DNA of 64,000 nucleotides from Bacteroidales bacterium UBA3289 (GCA_002361625.1 DETL01000011.1:39407-103406), one strand, 5' to 3'. Shown: positions 19,867-32,822, counted from the first letter of the stretch. Translations and numbers: made by a program. The notes: a model not told the origin generated them from the letters alone.

Positions 19867-22242
19867 ATGAAACTTTCCGAGTTACAAACGGGGGAAAAAG
19901 CGGTCATCGTCCGCATTCACGGTTACGGTCCTTTCCGGAAACGGCTCATCGAGATGGGCTTCATCCAGGGGAAGGAAGTGACCGTCGTGCTCAATGCACC
20001 CCTCAAGGATCCGATCGAATACGAGATTATCGGCTATAAGATTTCCCTGCGCCGCGAGGAAGCGGAGCAGATCGAGGTGGTGAACGAAGCGGAGGCCCGC
20101 GATGCCCTCGTGAGCGATGAACACCTGCAGGGGCTTCCGGAGGACATGGAGGAGCGTGAGCGCCTGGACATGGCCCTGAAGCATTTGGCCGAGGAGCGCA
20201 ATCACGTGATCCGCGTCGCCCTGGTGGGCAACCCCAACTGTGGAAAGACCTCCCTGTTCAACATCGCCTCCGGCTCCCACGAGCATGTGGGCAACTACTC
20301 CGGCGTGACGGTGGATGCGAAGGAAGGTCATTTCAAGCACAAGGGGTATGACATCACCCTGGTGGACCTTCCCGGAACCTATTCGCTGTCAGCGTATTCC
20401 CCAGAGGAACTGTATGTCCGGAAGAACCTCATCGACGCCATGCCGGACGTGGTGGTCAATGTGGTCGATGCCTCCAACATCGAGCGCAACCTGTATCTGA
20501 CGGCGCAGGTCATCGACATGAACCTGAGGACCGTCATGGCCCTGAACATGTACGATGAGCTTCAGCATAAGGGGGACAAACTGGACACGGAACAGCTGGG
20601 CCGCCTGCTGGGCGTCCCGGTGTGTCCCACGGTGAGCCGCGACGGCCAGGGAATTCCGGAACTCTTCGATACGGTCATCCGGCTCTATGAGGGGGCCGAT
20701 GAGAAACTTGCCCGCCACATCCATATCAACCACGGCGCCGAGATCGAACCGGCCATCGACCGGATCAAGGCCCTGGTCGCCGAGAATGAGAAACTTCGTT
20801 CCAAATACTCCACCCGCTACTTAGCCATCAAATACCTGGAAAACGACCGCGACATCGAGCAGCTGCTCGGAAACCTTCCGAACCATGAGGCACTCGAGGC
20901 GGCCCGGAAGGAGGAAACGGAGCGGATCGACCAGCTGCTCCATACGACACCGGAAGCGGCCATTGTCGATGCCAAGTACGCTTTCATCCAGGGCGCCCTG
21001 GCGGAGACCTATGAAAAATACCAGGAGGAACGGCCCCGGCGCACCCTGACGGACAGGATCGACGCCATCGTCACGAACAAGTGGCTGGCTTTCCCGATCT
21101 TCCTTCTCCTCCTGTGGTTTACCTTCTGGGCCACCTTCACCATCGGCCAGTATCCGATGGACTGGATCGACTGGCTCGTCGCGAAGTTCGGCGAGTTCGT
21201 GGGCGCCTTCATGAAGGAGGGCTGGCTCAAGGACCTCATCGTGGACGGCATCATCGCCGGTGTGGGCAGTGTCCTGGTGTTCCTTCCGAACATCATGATC
21301 CTGTACCTGTTCATCTCCCTGATGGAGGACAGCGGCTACATGGCCCGGGCGGCCTTCATCGTGGACAAGCTCATGCACAGGATCGGCCTCCATGGCAAGT
21401 CGTTCATTCCCATGGTGATGGGCTTCGGCTGCAACGTGCCGGCCATCATGGCGACGCGTTCGATCGAGAGCCGGAAGTCACGCCTCATCACCATCGCCAT
21501 CATCCCGTTCATGTCCTGTGCGGGCCGGCTTCCGATCTTCGTGCTGTTCGCGGGGGCTTTCTTTCCGCACAACGCGGCGACGGCGCTGCTGTGCATCTAC
21601 CTGCTGGGCGTAGTTCTCGCCATCCTCAGCGCACGTGTGCTCAAGCGTTTCGTGAAGGATGACGACCTTCCTTTCGTGATGGAACTGCCGCCGTACCGCA
21701 TTCCTACCGGCAAGGCCATCTGGCGCCACACCTGGGAAAAAGGCCGGCAGTATCTGGAGAAGATGGCGACGACGATCCTCGCCTTCTCCATCGTCATCTG
21801 GTTCCTCGGCTACTTCCCGCGGAATGAAGAACAGGGCGTCGCCTATCAGCAGGAGCATTCCTATATCGGCATGTTGGGCAAGGCCGTGGAGCCGGCCCTG
21901 GAACCGCTGGGATTCAACTGGAAGATGGATGTGGGCCTGCTTGCCGGCGTGGGAGCCAAAGAGCTTGTCGTCAGTACCCTGGGCGTCATGTATGCCGGTG
22001 ACGAAGGGGTGGATGCCGACGAGAACGACACCGCCCTCCAGGCTGCGCTGAAAGGCGATGTTCCGCTGGCGGCCGCCGTGGCCTATATGGTGTTCGTCCT
22101 GTTGTACTTCCCTTGCATTGCCACCTTCGTCGCAATCAAGAACGAAACCGGCAAGTGGCGCTGGGCCATCCTCTGCGCCCTCTATACGATGCTGGTCGCG
22201 TGGGTCTTCGGCTTTATTGCGTACCGAATCTTCCTTTTATAG
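19867..22242 (+). CDS. feoB: Ferrous iron transporter, FeoA-FeoB fusion
   Basis: N-terminal FeoA (RLIEMG..APLKDP), GNPNCGKT, DLPGTYSL, GFGCNVP, LYFPC. Confidence 0.96.
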   Translation: MKLSELQTGEKAVIVRIHGYGPFRKRLIEMGFIQGKEVTVVLNAPLKDPIEYEIIGYKISLRREEAEQIEVVNEAEARDALVSDEHLQGLPEDMEERERLDMALKHLAEERNHVIRVALVGNPNCGKTSLFNIASGSHEHVGNYSGVTVDAKEGHFKHKGYDITLVDLPGTYSLSAYSPEELYVRKNLIDAMPDVVVNVVDASNIERNLYLTAQVIDMNLRTVMALNMYDELQHKGDKLDTEQLGRLLGVPVCPTVSRDGQGIPELFDTVIRLYEGADEKLARHIHINHGAEIEPAIDRIKALVAENEKLRSKYSTRYLAIKYLENDRDIEQLLGNLPNHEALEAARKEETERIDQLLHTTPEAAIVDAKYAFIQGALAETYEKYQEERPRRTLTDRIDAIVTNKWLAFPIFLLLLWFTFWATFTIGQYPMDWIDWLVAKFGEFVGAFMKEGWLKDLIVDGIIAGVGSVLVFLPNIMILYLFISLMEDSGYMARAAFIVDKLMHRIGLHGKSFIPMVMGFGCNVPAIMATRSIESRKSRLITIAIIPFMSCAGRLPIFVLFAGAFFPHNAATALLCIYLLGVVLAILSARVLKRFVKDDDLPFVMELPPYRIPTGKAIWRHTWEKGRQYLEKMATTILAFSIVIWFLGYFPRNEEQGVAYQQEHSYIGMLGKAVEPALEPLGFNWKMDVGLLAGVGAKELVVSTLGVMYAGDEGVDADENDTALQAALKGDVPLAAAVAYMVFVLLYFPCIATFVAIKNETGKWRWAILCALYTMLVAWVFGFIAYRIFLL

Positions 22243-22252
22243 ATTCAAGAAT

Positions 22253-22825
22253 CTATCCTTCCGTCACGTGGATCAGTGACTTCACCGGGGCAAGGTCCTC
22301 GATCCGGGCGCGTCCCGGGAGGTCGTCGATCTCCACCAGGAAGACAAAGTCGGTGACCTTCACGCGGTATTCCTTTCCGTCGATGGTAATTTTCTGGCTG
22401 TTCAGGCTCTCCACGATGCCGCGGGCCGTGCCGCCGGTGGCGAGGATGTCGTCGAAGAAGGTGATCGGGATGATGTCGCCCTCTCTCTTGCAGGCCGCGA
22501 GGTCGGACAGGCGGTAGAAGACCTGGTCCTTGCCGTATTCCTTCACGATGTCCACGGTGATCAGGTCGCCCTCTGAGAAGGGCAGTTTCCCCTTCTTGCG
22601 CACCGGAATGACATTCTCCGCCATGCCGCTGTACAGGAGGGGCGCCGTGAACAGGAAACCCCGGGCCTCGGGGGCGAGGATGTTCGGGGAGGCGCAGGTG
22701 CGGCCAATGTCGTCGGTCAAGGCTTTGAAGACTTCCTTGTCCTGCAGGAAAGGGATGATGTCCACGAAGTTGACTCCATGGATGGGAAAGTTCGGGTAGA
22801 ACTTGAGTACTTGCTTGTAATCCAT
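22253..22825 (-). CDS. apt: Adenine phosphoribosyltransferase
   Basis: PNFPIHGVNFVDI, EARGF, RKKGKLP, DDILATGGT. Confidence 0.88.
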   Translation of the reverse strand: MDYKQVLKFYPNFPIHGVNFVDIIPFLQDKEVFKALTDDIGRTCASPNILAPEARGFLFTAPLLYSGMAENVIPVRKKGKLPFSEGDLITVDIVKEYGKDQVFYRLSDLAACKREGDIIPITFFDDILATGGTARGIVESLNSQKITIDGKEYRVKVTDFVFLVEIDDLPGRARIEDLAPVKSLIHVTEG

Positions 22826-23418
22826 TATTCGATGGTGTTTATGTCGATGAGGTTGTTCAGGAGGGCATAGACCGTCAGGCCGGCCACCGTCTTGATGCCG
22901 GTCTTGCGGGTGATGTTCTTGCGGTGGGTGATGACCGTGTAAATGGACAGGTTGTACAGGTCCGCAATCTCTTTGTTGAGCATGCCCTTCGCGACACACA
23001 CGAGGATTTCCTTCTCGCGGGCGGAGAGTTCCTCTCCCTCGCTTCGGGGCGTCTCGGAGCGGTCCTCCAAAGCCGCGCGGACCTTCCGGATGATGGTCGT
23101 AGGAACGTCGTACAGGCTCAGGACGCCGTCATACTGTTTCAGGGATTCCTCGTCCCAAAGCGATCCTACGATCGCAAGGACCGCGGCGGAAGTATGCTCC
23201 GAGAGGGCTGCGCGGGCGTTTCCGCGGGAGGCATGGTCAAAGATGGAGGGATCCACGATGACCACGTCCGGGTCCATGTTCCTGAGCTGTGCCTCCTTCG
23301 AGGACGACAGGTCCGTGAGGATGCCGCATACCTCGAACTCCCCCAGGTCGTTGAAGATATGCTCTACTCCCCGCGCCACGATGGCGGAGGGAATGATGAG
23401 AAGGACGCGCTTACTCAT
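22825..23418 (-). CDS. LuxR/NarL-family regulator with degenerate receiver domain
   Basis: LSAREKEIL..GMLNKEIA..TVITHRKNITRK HTH; N-terminal REC-like fold lacking the acidic pair (IIPS). Confidence 0.9.
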   Translation of the reverse strand: MSKRVLLIIPSAIVARGVEHIFNDLGEFEVCGILTDLSSSKEAQLRNMDPDVVIVDPSIFDHASRGNARAALSEHTSAAVLAIVGSLWDEESLKQYDGVLSLYDVPTTIIRKVRAALEDRSETPRSEGEELSAREKEILVCVAKGMLNKEIADLYNLSIYTVITHRKNITRKTGIKTVAGLTVYALLNNLIDINTIE

Positions 23419-24112
23419 GGTTCTCGAGACGGTTGACGATCGGAACCAGGATCTCGTCCTCCACGACCGTATGCTTTTCCAGGTCCTCCTCCAGGGAGAA
23501 AATGTAGAACAGGGCCTTGTACGTGTCCTGCTGGCCGCACACGGGCGGCAGGTATTTCATCACGAGGTTCTTCAGGTCCTCGAGCTTTTCCTCCACGTTG
23601 GAGTGGTTCTCCTCATATTCGCCGATGGTGAAGTTCCGGTCGGCCCCCTGCCGCAGGACGGCCTCCGCATGCGGGAAAACCGTCTTTTCCTCATATTCGA
23701 AGTGCTTGGAGAGCTCGTCCTTGTAGTCAGCGAAGAACTTCCAGATGATGCGCTTGTGTTTCTCTCCGCAGGGGGCGATGAGGTTCTCCAGCGCCATCTC
23801 CAGCTCCTGCAGGGCCACATTCATGTAATAGGCGTGCGAAAGACGGAGGTACTTCAGGACGTCCCTCAGGTCCGCCTTCTCCAGCTTTTCCTTCGTCGGG
23901 AGATACCCGTCGATGGCATAGACCGCCGAGATCAGGAGGAACGTTTCCGGGTTGATGCCCTGTTTCCGGCACACCTCTTCAACGGTTTCATCCCCGAAGC
24001 CGAAAGGGATGCCCATTCGGGTCAGGACGCCCAGGAGGCTGAATCTGAGGTTCATGAGGTCCGCCATCTTCATGGACGGGGACAGCAGGTGTCGTTCGGT
24101 CGTTGTAGCCAT
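23411..24112 (-). CDS. Hemerythrin-like (ScdA/RIC-type) domain protein
   Basis: GIPFGFGDETVEEVC N-domain; SHAYY, HFEYEE, HSNVE, HTVVED metal-ligand motifs. Confidence 0.85.
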   Translation of the reverse strand: MATTTERHLLSPSMKMADLMNLRFSLLGVLTRMGIPFGFGDETVEEVCRKQGINPETFLLISAVYAIDGYLPTKEKLEKADLRDVLKYLRLSHAYYMNVALQELEMALENLIAPCGEKHKRIIWKFFADYKDELSKHFEYEEKTVFPHAEAVLRQGADRNFTIGEYEENHSNVEEKLEDLKNLVMKYLPPVCGQQDTYKALFYIFSLEEDLEKHTVVEDEILVPIVNRLENHE

Positions 24113-24156
24113 GGCTCTTGTTCTATCAGGCAAATTTACGAAAAAATGGACTCATT

Positions 24157-24244
24157 AAAAACCCTCCTGCCTTGTCGCAAGGGAGGAGGGGCACTTATAC
24201 AACAATAAAAGGATAAAAACTCTAACTGTCTTAATGGCTTTTTC
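24157..24244 (-). ncRNA. Candidate small RNA (~88 nt) with its own promoter and terminator
   Basis: -7 box TATCTTTG at 24250-24257 (minus); no ATG in the interval; terminator stem 24162-24190 plus U5. Confidence 0.55.
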
Positions 24245-24262
24245 TGTGGCAAAGATACGGCG

Positions 24263-24330
24263 ATTCCCCGCCGCGGGCAATCCCAACTTGTTGGTAATGC
24301 GCGAGGCGGGGAATCCCCTGTTGTGTGTAA
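24263..24330 (-). promoter_or_regulatory. Three 18-bp operator-like boxes
   Basis: On minus: TTACACACAACAGGGGAT, TTACCAACAAGTTGGGAT, TTGCCCGCGGCGGGGAAT; resemble ATACCAAGTTATGGGGAT at feoAB. Confidence 0.5.
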
Positions 24331-24333
24331 ATG

Positions 24334-24882
24334 CTAGAAATTCAGGGCGAAACCGATACCGTTGGGGGTAGCACCGATCTGATAGGTCAGGCCTTTCCGG
24401 GCATTGTAGTCGTCGGCCACCCAGTTGAGGCGCTTCTTGCCGATGATAGAGATGGGGATACCGGCGTCCAGGGCGATGCCGCCGACGGCCATGAGGAGCG
24501 TTCCTCCCAGCACCATTCCGGCTGCACCGGGATTGTCCTGGAGGGCTTTCTGGATATCTTCCTGGCTGCTGTTCTGATTGACCTGACCGGACACCTTGCT
24601 GACGCCAACTCCATAGAGGACCGCACCGCCGACCAGGCCGCCGATACCGCTCCAGATGAGGGTCTTGCCGGTTTTGCGCTGCTTGACGGCACCGACATAG
24701 GTTTCGTCATAAACCTGCTCGCCGATGAGGGTGAGGACCTCGTGGTCGGACAGGATGTTGCCACGGGCGTCGGCGAGGTTGGCGCCGCTGCGGTGGATGG
24801 GGCCGGCGTACTGGGCGCTGGCGTTCTGTGCAAGGCACAGAAAGGCGGCGACAAGGCCGCAGAGGAATGTGAATCTCTTCAT
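24334..24882 (-). CDS. Exported Gly-rich membrane protein, paralog A
   Basis: Signal peptide, two Gly-rich hydrophobic segments, C-terminal ..GIGFALNF. Confidence 0.75.
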   Translation of the reverse strand: MKRFTFLCGLVAAFLCLAQNASAQYAGPIHRSGANLADARGNILSDHEVLTLIGEQVYDETYVGAVKQRKTGKTLIWSGIGGLVGGAVLYGVGVSKVSGQVNQNSSQEDIQKALQDNPGAAGMVLGGTLLMAVGGIALDAGIPISIIGKKRLNWVADDYNARKGLTYQIGATPNGIGFALNF

Positions 24883-24894
24883 ATTGCTTTGGGG

Positions 24895-25461
24895 TTAGAA
24901 GTTCATGGTCAGGCCGACGCCGTGCGGGGCGGCGCCGAAGCGGGCCGTCACGGCGTGGTTGCGTCCGTTGAAGTCGTTTTCCACCCAGTTCAGGCGGCTC
25001 TTGCCAATGATATGGAGCGGGATACCCGCGTCCAGGGCCACGCCGCCGGCAATGACGGCCACGTAACCAGTCGCCATCAACATGATGCCGAAGGCCTCGC
25101 CGGCCGGAGATTCGGAATGCCGGTATTCGTACTGCCCGTCATAATAAGTGTAGTCCTCGCTGCTGGCCGCCAGGACACCGAGGCCTCCCAGGACACTCAC
25201 GAGACCGGCACCCATGCCGATGGCGCCGCCGATGATGAGCTTGCGGCCGACCTGGTACTGCTTCCGGGCGCCGACGACCGTCTCCCGGTAGATCTCCGGG
25301 CCGATCAGGTTGATGAGTTCCGCATCCGAAATCGGCAGGCCTACCTGGTCGGTAAATCCGGCGCGGTCGCGATGGATTTCAGTGATATATTGGGCGTTGG
25401 CGTTTTGCGCAAGGCATAGGAAAGCGGCAACGAGGCCGCAGAGAATGGCGAATTTCTTCAT
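24895..25461 (-). CDS. Exported Gly-rich membrane protein, paralog B
   Basis: Shares LCGLVAAFLCLAQNA, ALDAGIP..IIGK..LNWV and C-terminal NF with paralog A. Confidence 0.75.
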   Translation of the reverse strand: MKKFAILCGLVAAFLCLAQNANAQYITEIHRDRAGFTDQVGLPISDAELINLIGPEIYRETVVGARKQYQVGRKLIIGGAIGMGAGLVSVLGGLGVLAASSEDYTYYDGQYEYRHSESPAGEAFGIMLMATGYVAVIAGGVALDAGIPLHIIGKSRLNWVENDFNGRNHAVTARFGAAPHGVGLTMNF

Positions 25462-25588
25462 GTCCGTTCGGTATTTCTTACAAAAATACCCGTTTCTGCC
25501 AAAACTTGCAAGTCCGGCAGCCGTTTTTTGTGTGGTGCGCTTTTTGTAGCACATGCCCTCCGGAAAACTATTTTTAATTTTTAAGAAT

Positions 25589-26209
25589 ATGAAGAAAATC
25601 CTTTCCACCCTTCTCGCTGCATCCCTGATGCTCGTGGGAATCCAGGCAATTGCTCAGCCGAGCGTGAATGCCGGTTACCTCAACTCCACCCTCAAGGTCC
25701 AGAACGCAGATCCCTCCAACGCCAATGGTGCGTATGTCGGTCTCTCCTACAATCTTCCGATTGCCGGCGGTCTCGGTGTCGCCCCGGGTATCTACTACTC
25801 GCTGATCAGTTCCAAGGAGACCGCTTCCCTGGGCACGATCTTCTCCGGATCCGGCACTTTCACGGAGCATGCCGTCAATGTTCCCGTGTATCTGAACTAT
25901 GCCATCGGCCTCAACCGTGACACGAATTTCTTCGTCTTCGGCGGCCCCACCCTTCAGTATGGTCTTTCCTCCAAGGTCAAGTACGACGCCAATGTCGCCG
26001 GCATCAGCGGCAGCACCACGGCGAACAACTACGACAATGACAACTACAACCGTATGAACGTCTATCTGGGCGGCGGTATCGGCATCAATGCCGGCGCTTT
26101 CAAGGTCACTGTCGGCTATGACTATGGCATGATGAACCAAATCAAGGGAGACAATGCCACCCCGGCCCACCGTTCCAACATCAAGATCGGTCTCGGTTTC
26201 AACTTCTAG
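25589..26209 (+). CDS. Outer-membrane beta-barrel (PorT-like) protein
   Basis: Signal peptide, alternating beta strands, C-terminal GLGFNF. Confidence 0.8.
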   Translation: MKKILSTLLAASLMLVGIQAIAQPSVNAGYLNSTLKVQNADPSNANGAYVGLSYNLPIAGGLGVAPGIYYSLISSKETASLGTIFSGSGTFTEHAVNVPVYLNYAIGLNRDTNFFVFGGPTLQYGLSSKVKYDANVAGISGSTTANNYDNDNYNRMNVYLGGGIGINAGAFKVTVGYDYGMMNQIKGDNATPAHRSNIKIGLGFNF

Positions 26210-26799
26210 ATTCCTTCGGCCTTCTGAGGCCGGAAAGAGTATTCGCATCCGCAGTAGAGCTGGTTGTAAAACCGCTCGCTGCGGATGATTTCGTTCCGGC
26301 GCTCCTGCAGGCCGCCCTTGCGCCAGTTCTGGGGCCACCAGGTGACGCCGGGAACCTGGGCGCAGGCCCACTCGCCGGCGGCATTGACCTGTTCCAGGCT
26401 TTTCCAGCGGGAGGAGGCAAGGGTGGTGGTAAGGACCGGGAAACCGTTCTCGGAGGCATATTGTGCCGCCCTTAAAAGCCTGTACTTGAAGCAGTTCAGA
26501 CATCGTCCGCCGCGCTCCGGTTCGTTTTCCAGCCCGGCGGCACAGCCTTCCCAGCCGTCGTGGTCATAGACATCGTCCACGATGGGAATGCCCCATTTAA
26601 GCGCATACCGGATGCACTCGTTGAGCCGGTGGTCATACTCCTCGCGGGGGAATATATTGGAATTGGAATAGAAGATGGTCGGTTGGATTCCATGGTCCAT
26701 GAGGCACTCCACGACCGCACTGGAGCACGGCGCGCAGCACGCGTGCAGCAGCACTTTGTCGGCCCCGAGGGGGACTTCCAGATGGACGGAAGGTTTCAT
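26206..26799 (-). CDS. queH: Epoxyqueuosine reductase
   Basis: LLHACCAPCS, NSNIFP..EY, PERGGRC..C, YNQLYCGCEYS. Confidence 0.92.
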   Translation of the reverse strand: MKPSVHLEVPLGADKVLLHACCAPCSSAVVECLMDHGIQPTIFYSNSNIFPREEYDHRLNECIRYALKWGIPIVDDVYDHDGWEGCAAGLENEPERGGRCLNCFKYRLLRAAQYASENGFPVLTTTLASSRWKSLEQVNAAGEWACAQVPGVTWWPQNWRKGGLQERRNEIIRSERFYNQLYCGCEYSFRPQKAEGI

Positions 26800-26808
26800 G
26801 GAACAAAG

Positions 26809-28134
26809 TTACGAAAATCTCCGGGGAAAGCGGAACACGATGGACAGGACGGCGAGGAGGCCCAGGGCGAAGGGATAATAGAGGTAGCCCGTGATGGAGG
26901 CGGCGGAGACGCCGGCGAGGCCGGAGGCCATGAGCATCTGTGCGCCGTAGGGGATGACGCCCTGGATCAGGCAGGAAAAGGTGTCCAGGATGGAGGCCGT
27001 CTTGCGCGGGTCCAGTCCGTATTTGTCGGAGATGTCCTTCGCCAGCGGGCCCACGGTGATGATGGCGATGGTGTTGTTGGCCGTGCAGAAGTTCACGAGG
27101 GAAACGAGGCCGGCGATGGAGAAATACGCCCCGCGCTTGCCCCGGATGCGCCGGGTGAGCGCGCCGATGATGAAGTCCAGCCCGCCGTTGTAGCGGATGA
27201 GTTCCAGCATGCCGCCGGCGAGGAGGGATACGATGATGAGTTCGCCCATGGACCCGATACCGCCGCCGATGGACGCCATCCAGCCAATCCAATCATAGGC
27301 ACCTGTGCACCAGCCGAGGATGCCATTCACGCCGATGCCGATGGCAAGCACCGTCACCACGTTCACCCCTGCCAGGGCCAGGCCGATGACCAGCAGATAG
27401 GGGATCAGGCCCAGCCAGTTGACCGTTTCCACGGAGGGGACCGCCTCCACCTGGAGGCCCAGCACGACATACAGGGCCGCCACCAGGATGGCCGCCGGTG
27501 CCGCGATCCACAGGTTCACGCGGAACTTGTCGCGCATGGAGCATCCCTGGCTCTTGGTCGCCGCCACGGTGGTGTCGGAAATGAACGACAGGTTGTCGCC
27601 GAAGAAGGCGCCGCCGATGATCACCGCCGTGATGAAAGGAACGCCGACGCCGGTTTCCTGGGCGATGCCCGCCGCGATGGGAACGAGGGCGACGATGGTC
27701 CCGACGCTGGTGCCGATGGCCATGGAAATGAAGCAGGCGGCGAGGAAAAGTCCCGCATAGATCAGCTTCCCGGGCAGGATCCGGAGGGTCGCGTTGACAG
27801 TCGCGTCGATGGCACCGATATCCTTCGCCGTCGCGGCGAACGCCCCGGCCAGCACGAAAATCCAGATCATCAGGAGGACGTTCCGGTTCCCGGCGCCTTC
27901 CGAGAAGATGGAGATCTTGTCATCCGTCTTGTCCACGCTCCGGGTGATGAGCATCGCGTAGGCCGATGCGATGATGAACGCAGCCGCCACCGGGACTTTG
28001 TAGAAGTCGCGGGCGACGAGGGAGGAGACCAGATAGGTAAGCAGGAACACCAGCAGCGGGCTCAGGGCGAGCCAGCCGTTCATCTTGCGGGCGGAAGTCG
28101 GACGCGGGGGCGTCTTTTCGGTATGGATGGCCAT
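26809..28134 (-). CDS. NhaC-family Na+/H+ antiporter / amino-acid transporter
   Basis: GTSVGT, GAFFGDNLSFISDTT, IPYGAQ; many TM helices. Confidence 0.88.
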   Translation of the reverse strand: MAIHTEKTPPRPTSARKMNGWLALSPLLVFLLTYLVSSLVARDFYKVPVAAAFIIASAYAMLITRSVDKTDDKISIFSEGAGNRNVLLMIWIFVLAGAFAATAKDIGAIDATVNATLRILPGKLIYAGLFLAACFISMAIGTSVGTIVALVPIAAGIAQETGVGVPFITAVIIGGAFFGDNLSFISDTTVAATKSQGCSMRDKFRVNLWIAAPAAILVAALYVVLGLQVEAVPSVETVNWLGLIPYLLVIGLALAGVNVVTVLAIGIGVNGILGWCTGAYDWIGWMASIGGGIGSMGELIIVSLLAGGMLELIRYNGGLDFIIGALTRRIRGKRGAYFSIAGLVSLVNFCTANNTIAIITVGPLAKDISDKYGLDPRKTASILDTFSCLIQGVIPYGAQMLMASGLAGVSAASITGYLYYPFALGLLAVLSIVFRFPRRFS

Positions 28135-28189
28135 GTCAGTTCGTTTCTTGGAAGTTGCAAAGGTACGAAGATTTCTATTATCTTTGCAC

Positions 28190-28699
28190 ATGCGAAAACT
28201 CCTTATACTCACGACCCTCCTTCTTTCTCTGTCCGCCGCCGCGCAAGTACGCACCTATGGCGAGATGGAGACGAAGACCTTCGTCATCGGCCTGGAAAAC
28301 TATTATTTCGGCGACGCCGGAAGCCTGTCCTTTCCCGGCGGAACGGTTTCCCTCGCAGGCGGGCGCGTTACGGCACCGGGACTGAACCTGTCCGGACTCC
28401 CGGCCGGCAACACCCTTATCGGCGCCCATGACTTTACGGACGACGGCGTGCCGGAACTGGTCGTGGGAACGCGTGGGACGGGACTCGTGAAGGCGCAGGT
28501 GTACATCCTCCGGGATGGGAAATGGACGCTGATGGGCATCGTGGGAGCCCGGGGAGACGTGGAGGAGATCCGGGTTTTCCGCCAGGCGATGACGGTGAAG
28601 GACCGTGCGTCGGGCGCCTTGTACACCTGGACATGCCACCAGGGGAAATTCGACTTCAAATCTTCGGCCGGAGGCCCGGATCCCGCTGCCAACCTTTGA
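28190..28699 (+). CDS. Hypothetical exported protein
   Basis: Signal peptide MRKLLIL..AAAQ; DFTDDGVPEL FG-GAP-like motif. Confidence 0.65.
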   Translation: MRKLLILTTLLLSLSAAAQVRTYGEMETKTFVIGLENYYFGDAGSLSFPGGTVSLAGGRVTAPGLNLSGLPAGNTLIGAHDFTDDGVPELVVGTRGTGLVKAQVYILRDGKWTLMGIVGARGDVEEIRVFRQAMTVKDRASGALYTWTCHQGKFDFKSSAGGPDPAANL

Positions 28700-31793
<3,094 letters not shown>

Positions 31794-31826
31794 AACGAAT
31801 TATTAACACATAACCCTTACAGAAAA

Positions 31827-32810
31827 ATGACAACAGGTAACGTTCGTCCCGCGGATATGGAGCGGATCACGACCCCCGAATTGGCCCGGAAATTCATCGA
31901 TGAACAGGTCCGGGAACTGCGCGCCCAGATTGGCGACAAGAAAGTGCTTCTCGCCCTATCGGGCGGTGTGGACTCCTCGGTTGTTGCGGCGCTTCTCATC
32001 AAGGCCGTCGGCAAGCAGCTGGTCTCCGTCCATGTGAACCACGGACTCCTCCGCAAAGGCGAGCCGGAGCAGGTGGTGCGCGTCTTCCGCGATGAGCTCG
32101 ACGCCAACCTCGTGTATGTCGATGCCGTGGACCGCTTCCTGGACAAGCTCGCCGGCGTGGCCGATCCCGAGCAGAAGCGCAAGATCATCGGCGCGGAATT
32201 CATCCGCGTGTTCGAGGAAGAGGCCCGCAAGCTGGACGGTATCAGCTTCCTGGCCCAGGGTACGATCTATCCGGACATCGTGGAATCCGGTCCCGTCAAG
32301 TCCCACCACAATGTGGGCGGACTTCCGGAGGACCTCCAGTTCGAACTCGTCGAGCCCATCAAGCTTCTGTTCAAGGACGAAGTCCGCGTCGTGGGCAAGG
32401 AACTCGGTCTCCCGGACAGCATGGTGTTCCGCCAGCCGTTCCCCGGCCCCGGCCTGGGTGTCCGCTGCACCGGCGCCATCACGCGCGACCGGCTGGAAGC
32501 CCTTCGCGAGAGCGACGCCATCCTGCGTGAGGAGTTCGCGAAGAATGGCCTGGAGGGCAAGGTCTGGCAGTATTTCACCGTCGTCCCCGACTACAAGTCC
32601 ACGGGCGTCAAGGACGGCAAGCGCAGCTGGGACTGGCCGGTCATCATCCGTGCCGTGAACACCCGCGACGCCATGACCGCCACCATCGAGGAAATCCCCT
32701 ACGAACTGCTGCACCGCATCACCAAGCGCATCGTAACGGAAGTCCCCGGCGTGAACCGTGTCCTGTATGATCTGACGCCGAAGCCGACAGGTACCATCGA
32801 ATGGGAATAA
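31827..32810 (+). CDS. GMP synthase ATP-pyrophosphatase subunit only (no GATase domain)
   Basis: [30 protein letters not shown]; lacks the N-terminal glutaminase. Confidence 0.9.
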   Translation: MTTGNVRPADMERITTPELARKFIDEQVRELRAQIGDKKVLLALSGGVDSSVVAALLIKAVGKQLVSVHVNHGLLRKGEPEQVVRVFRDELDANLVYVDAVDRFLDKLAGVADPEQKRKIIGAEFIRVFEEEARKLDGISFLAQGTIYPDIVESGPVKSHHNVGGLPEDLQFELVEPIKLLFKDEVRVVGKELGLPDSMVFRQPFPGPGLGVRCTGAITRDRLEALRESDAILREEFAKNGLEGKVWQYFTVVPDYKSTGVKDGKRSWDWPVIIRAVNTRDAMTATIEEIPYELLHRITKRIVTEVPGVNRVLYDLTPKPTGTIEWE

Positions 32811-32822
32811 TGGATAAGGAGG

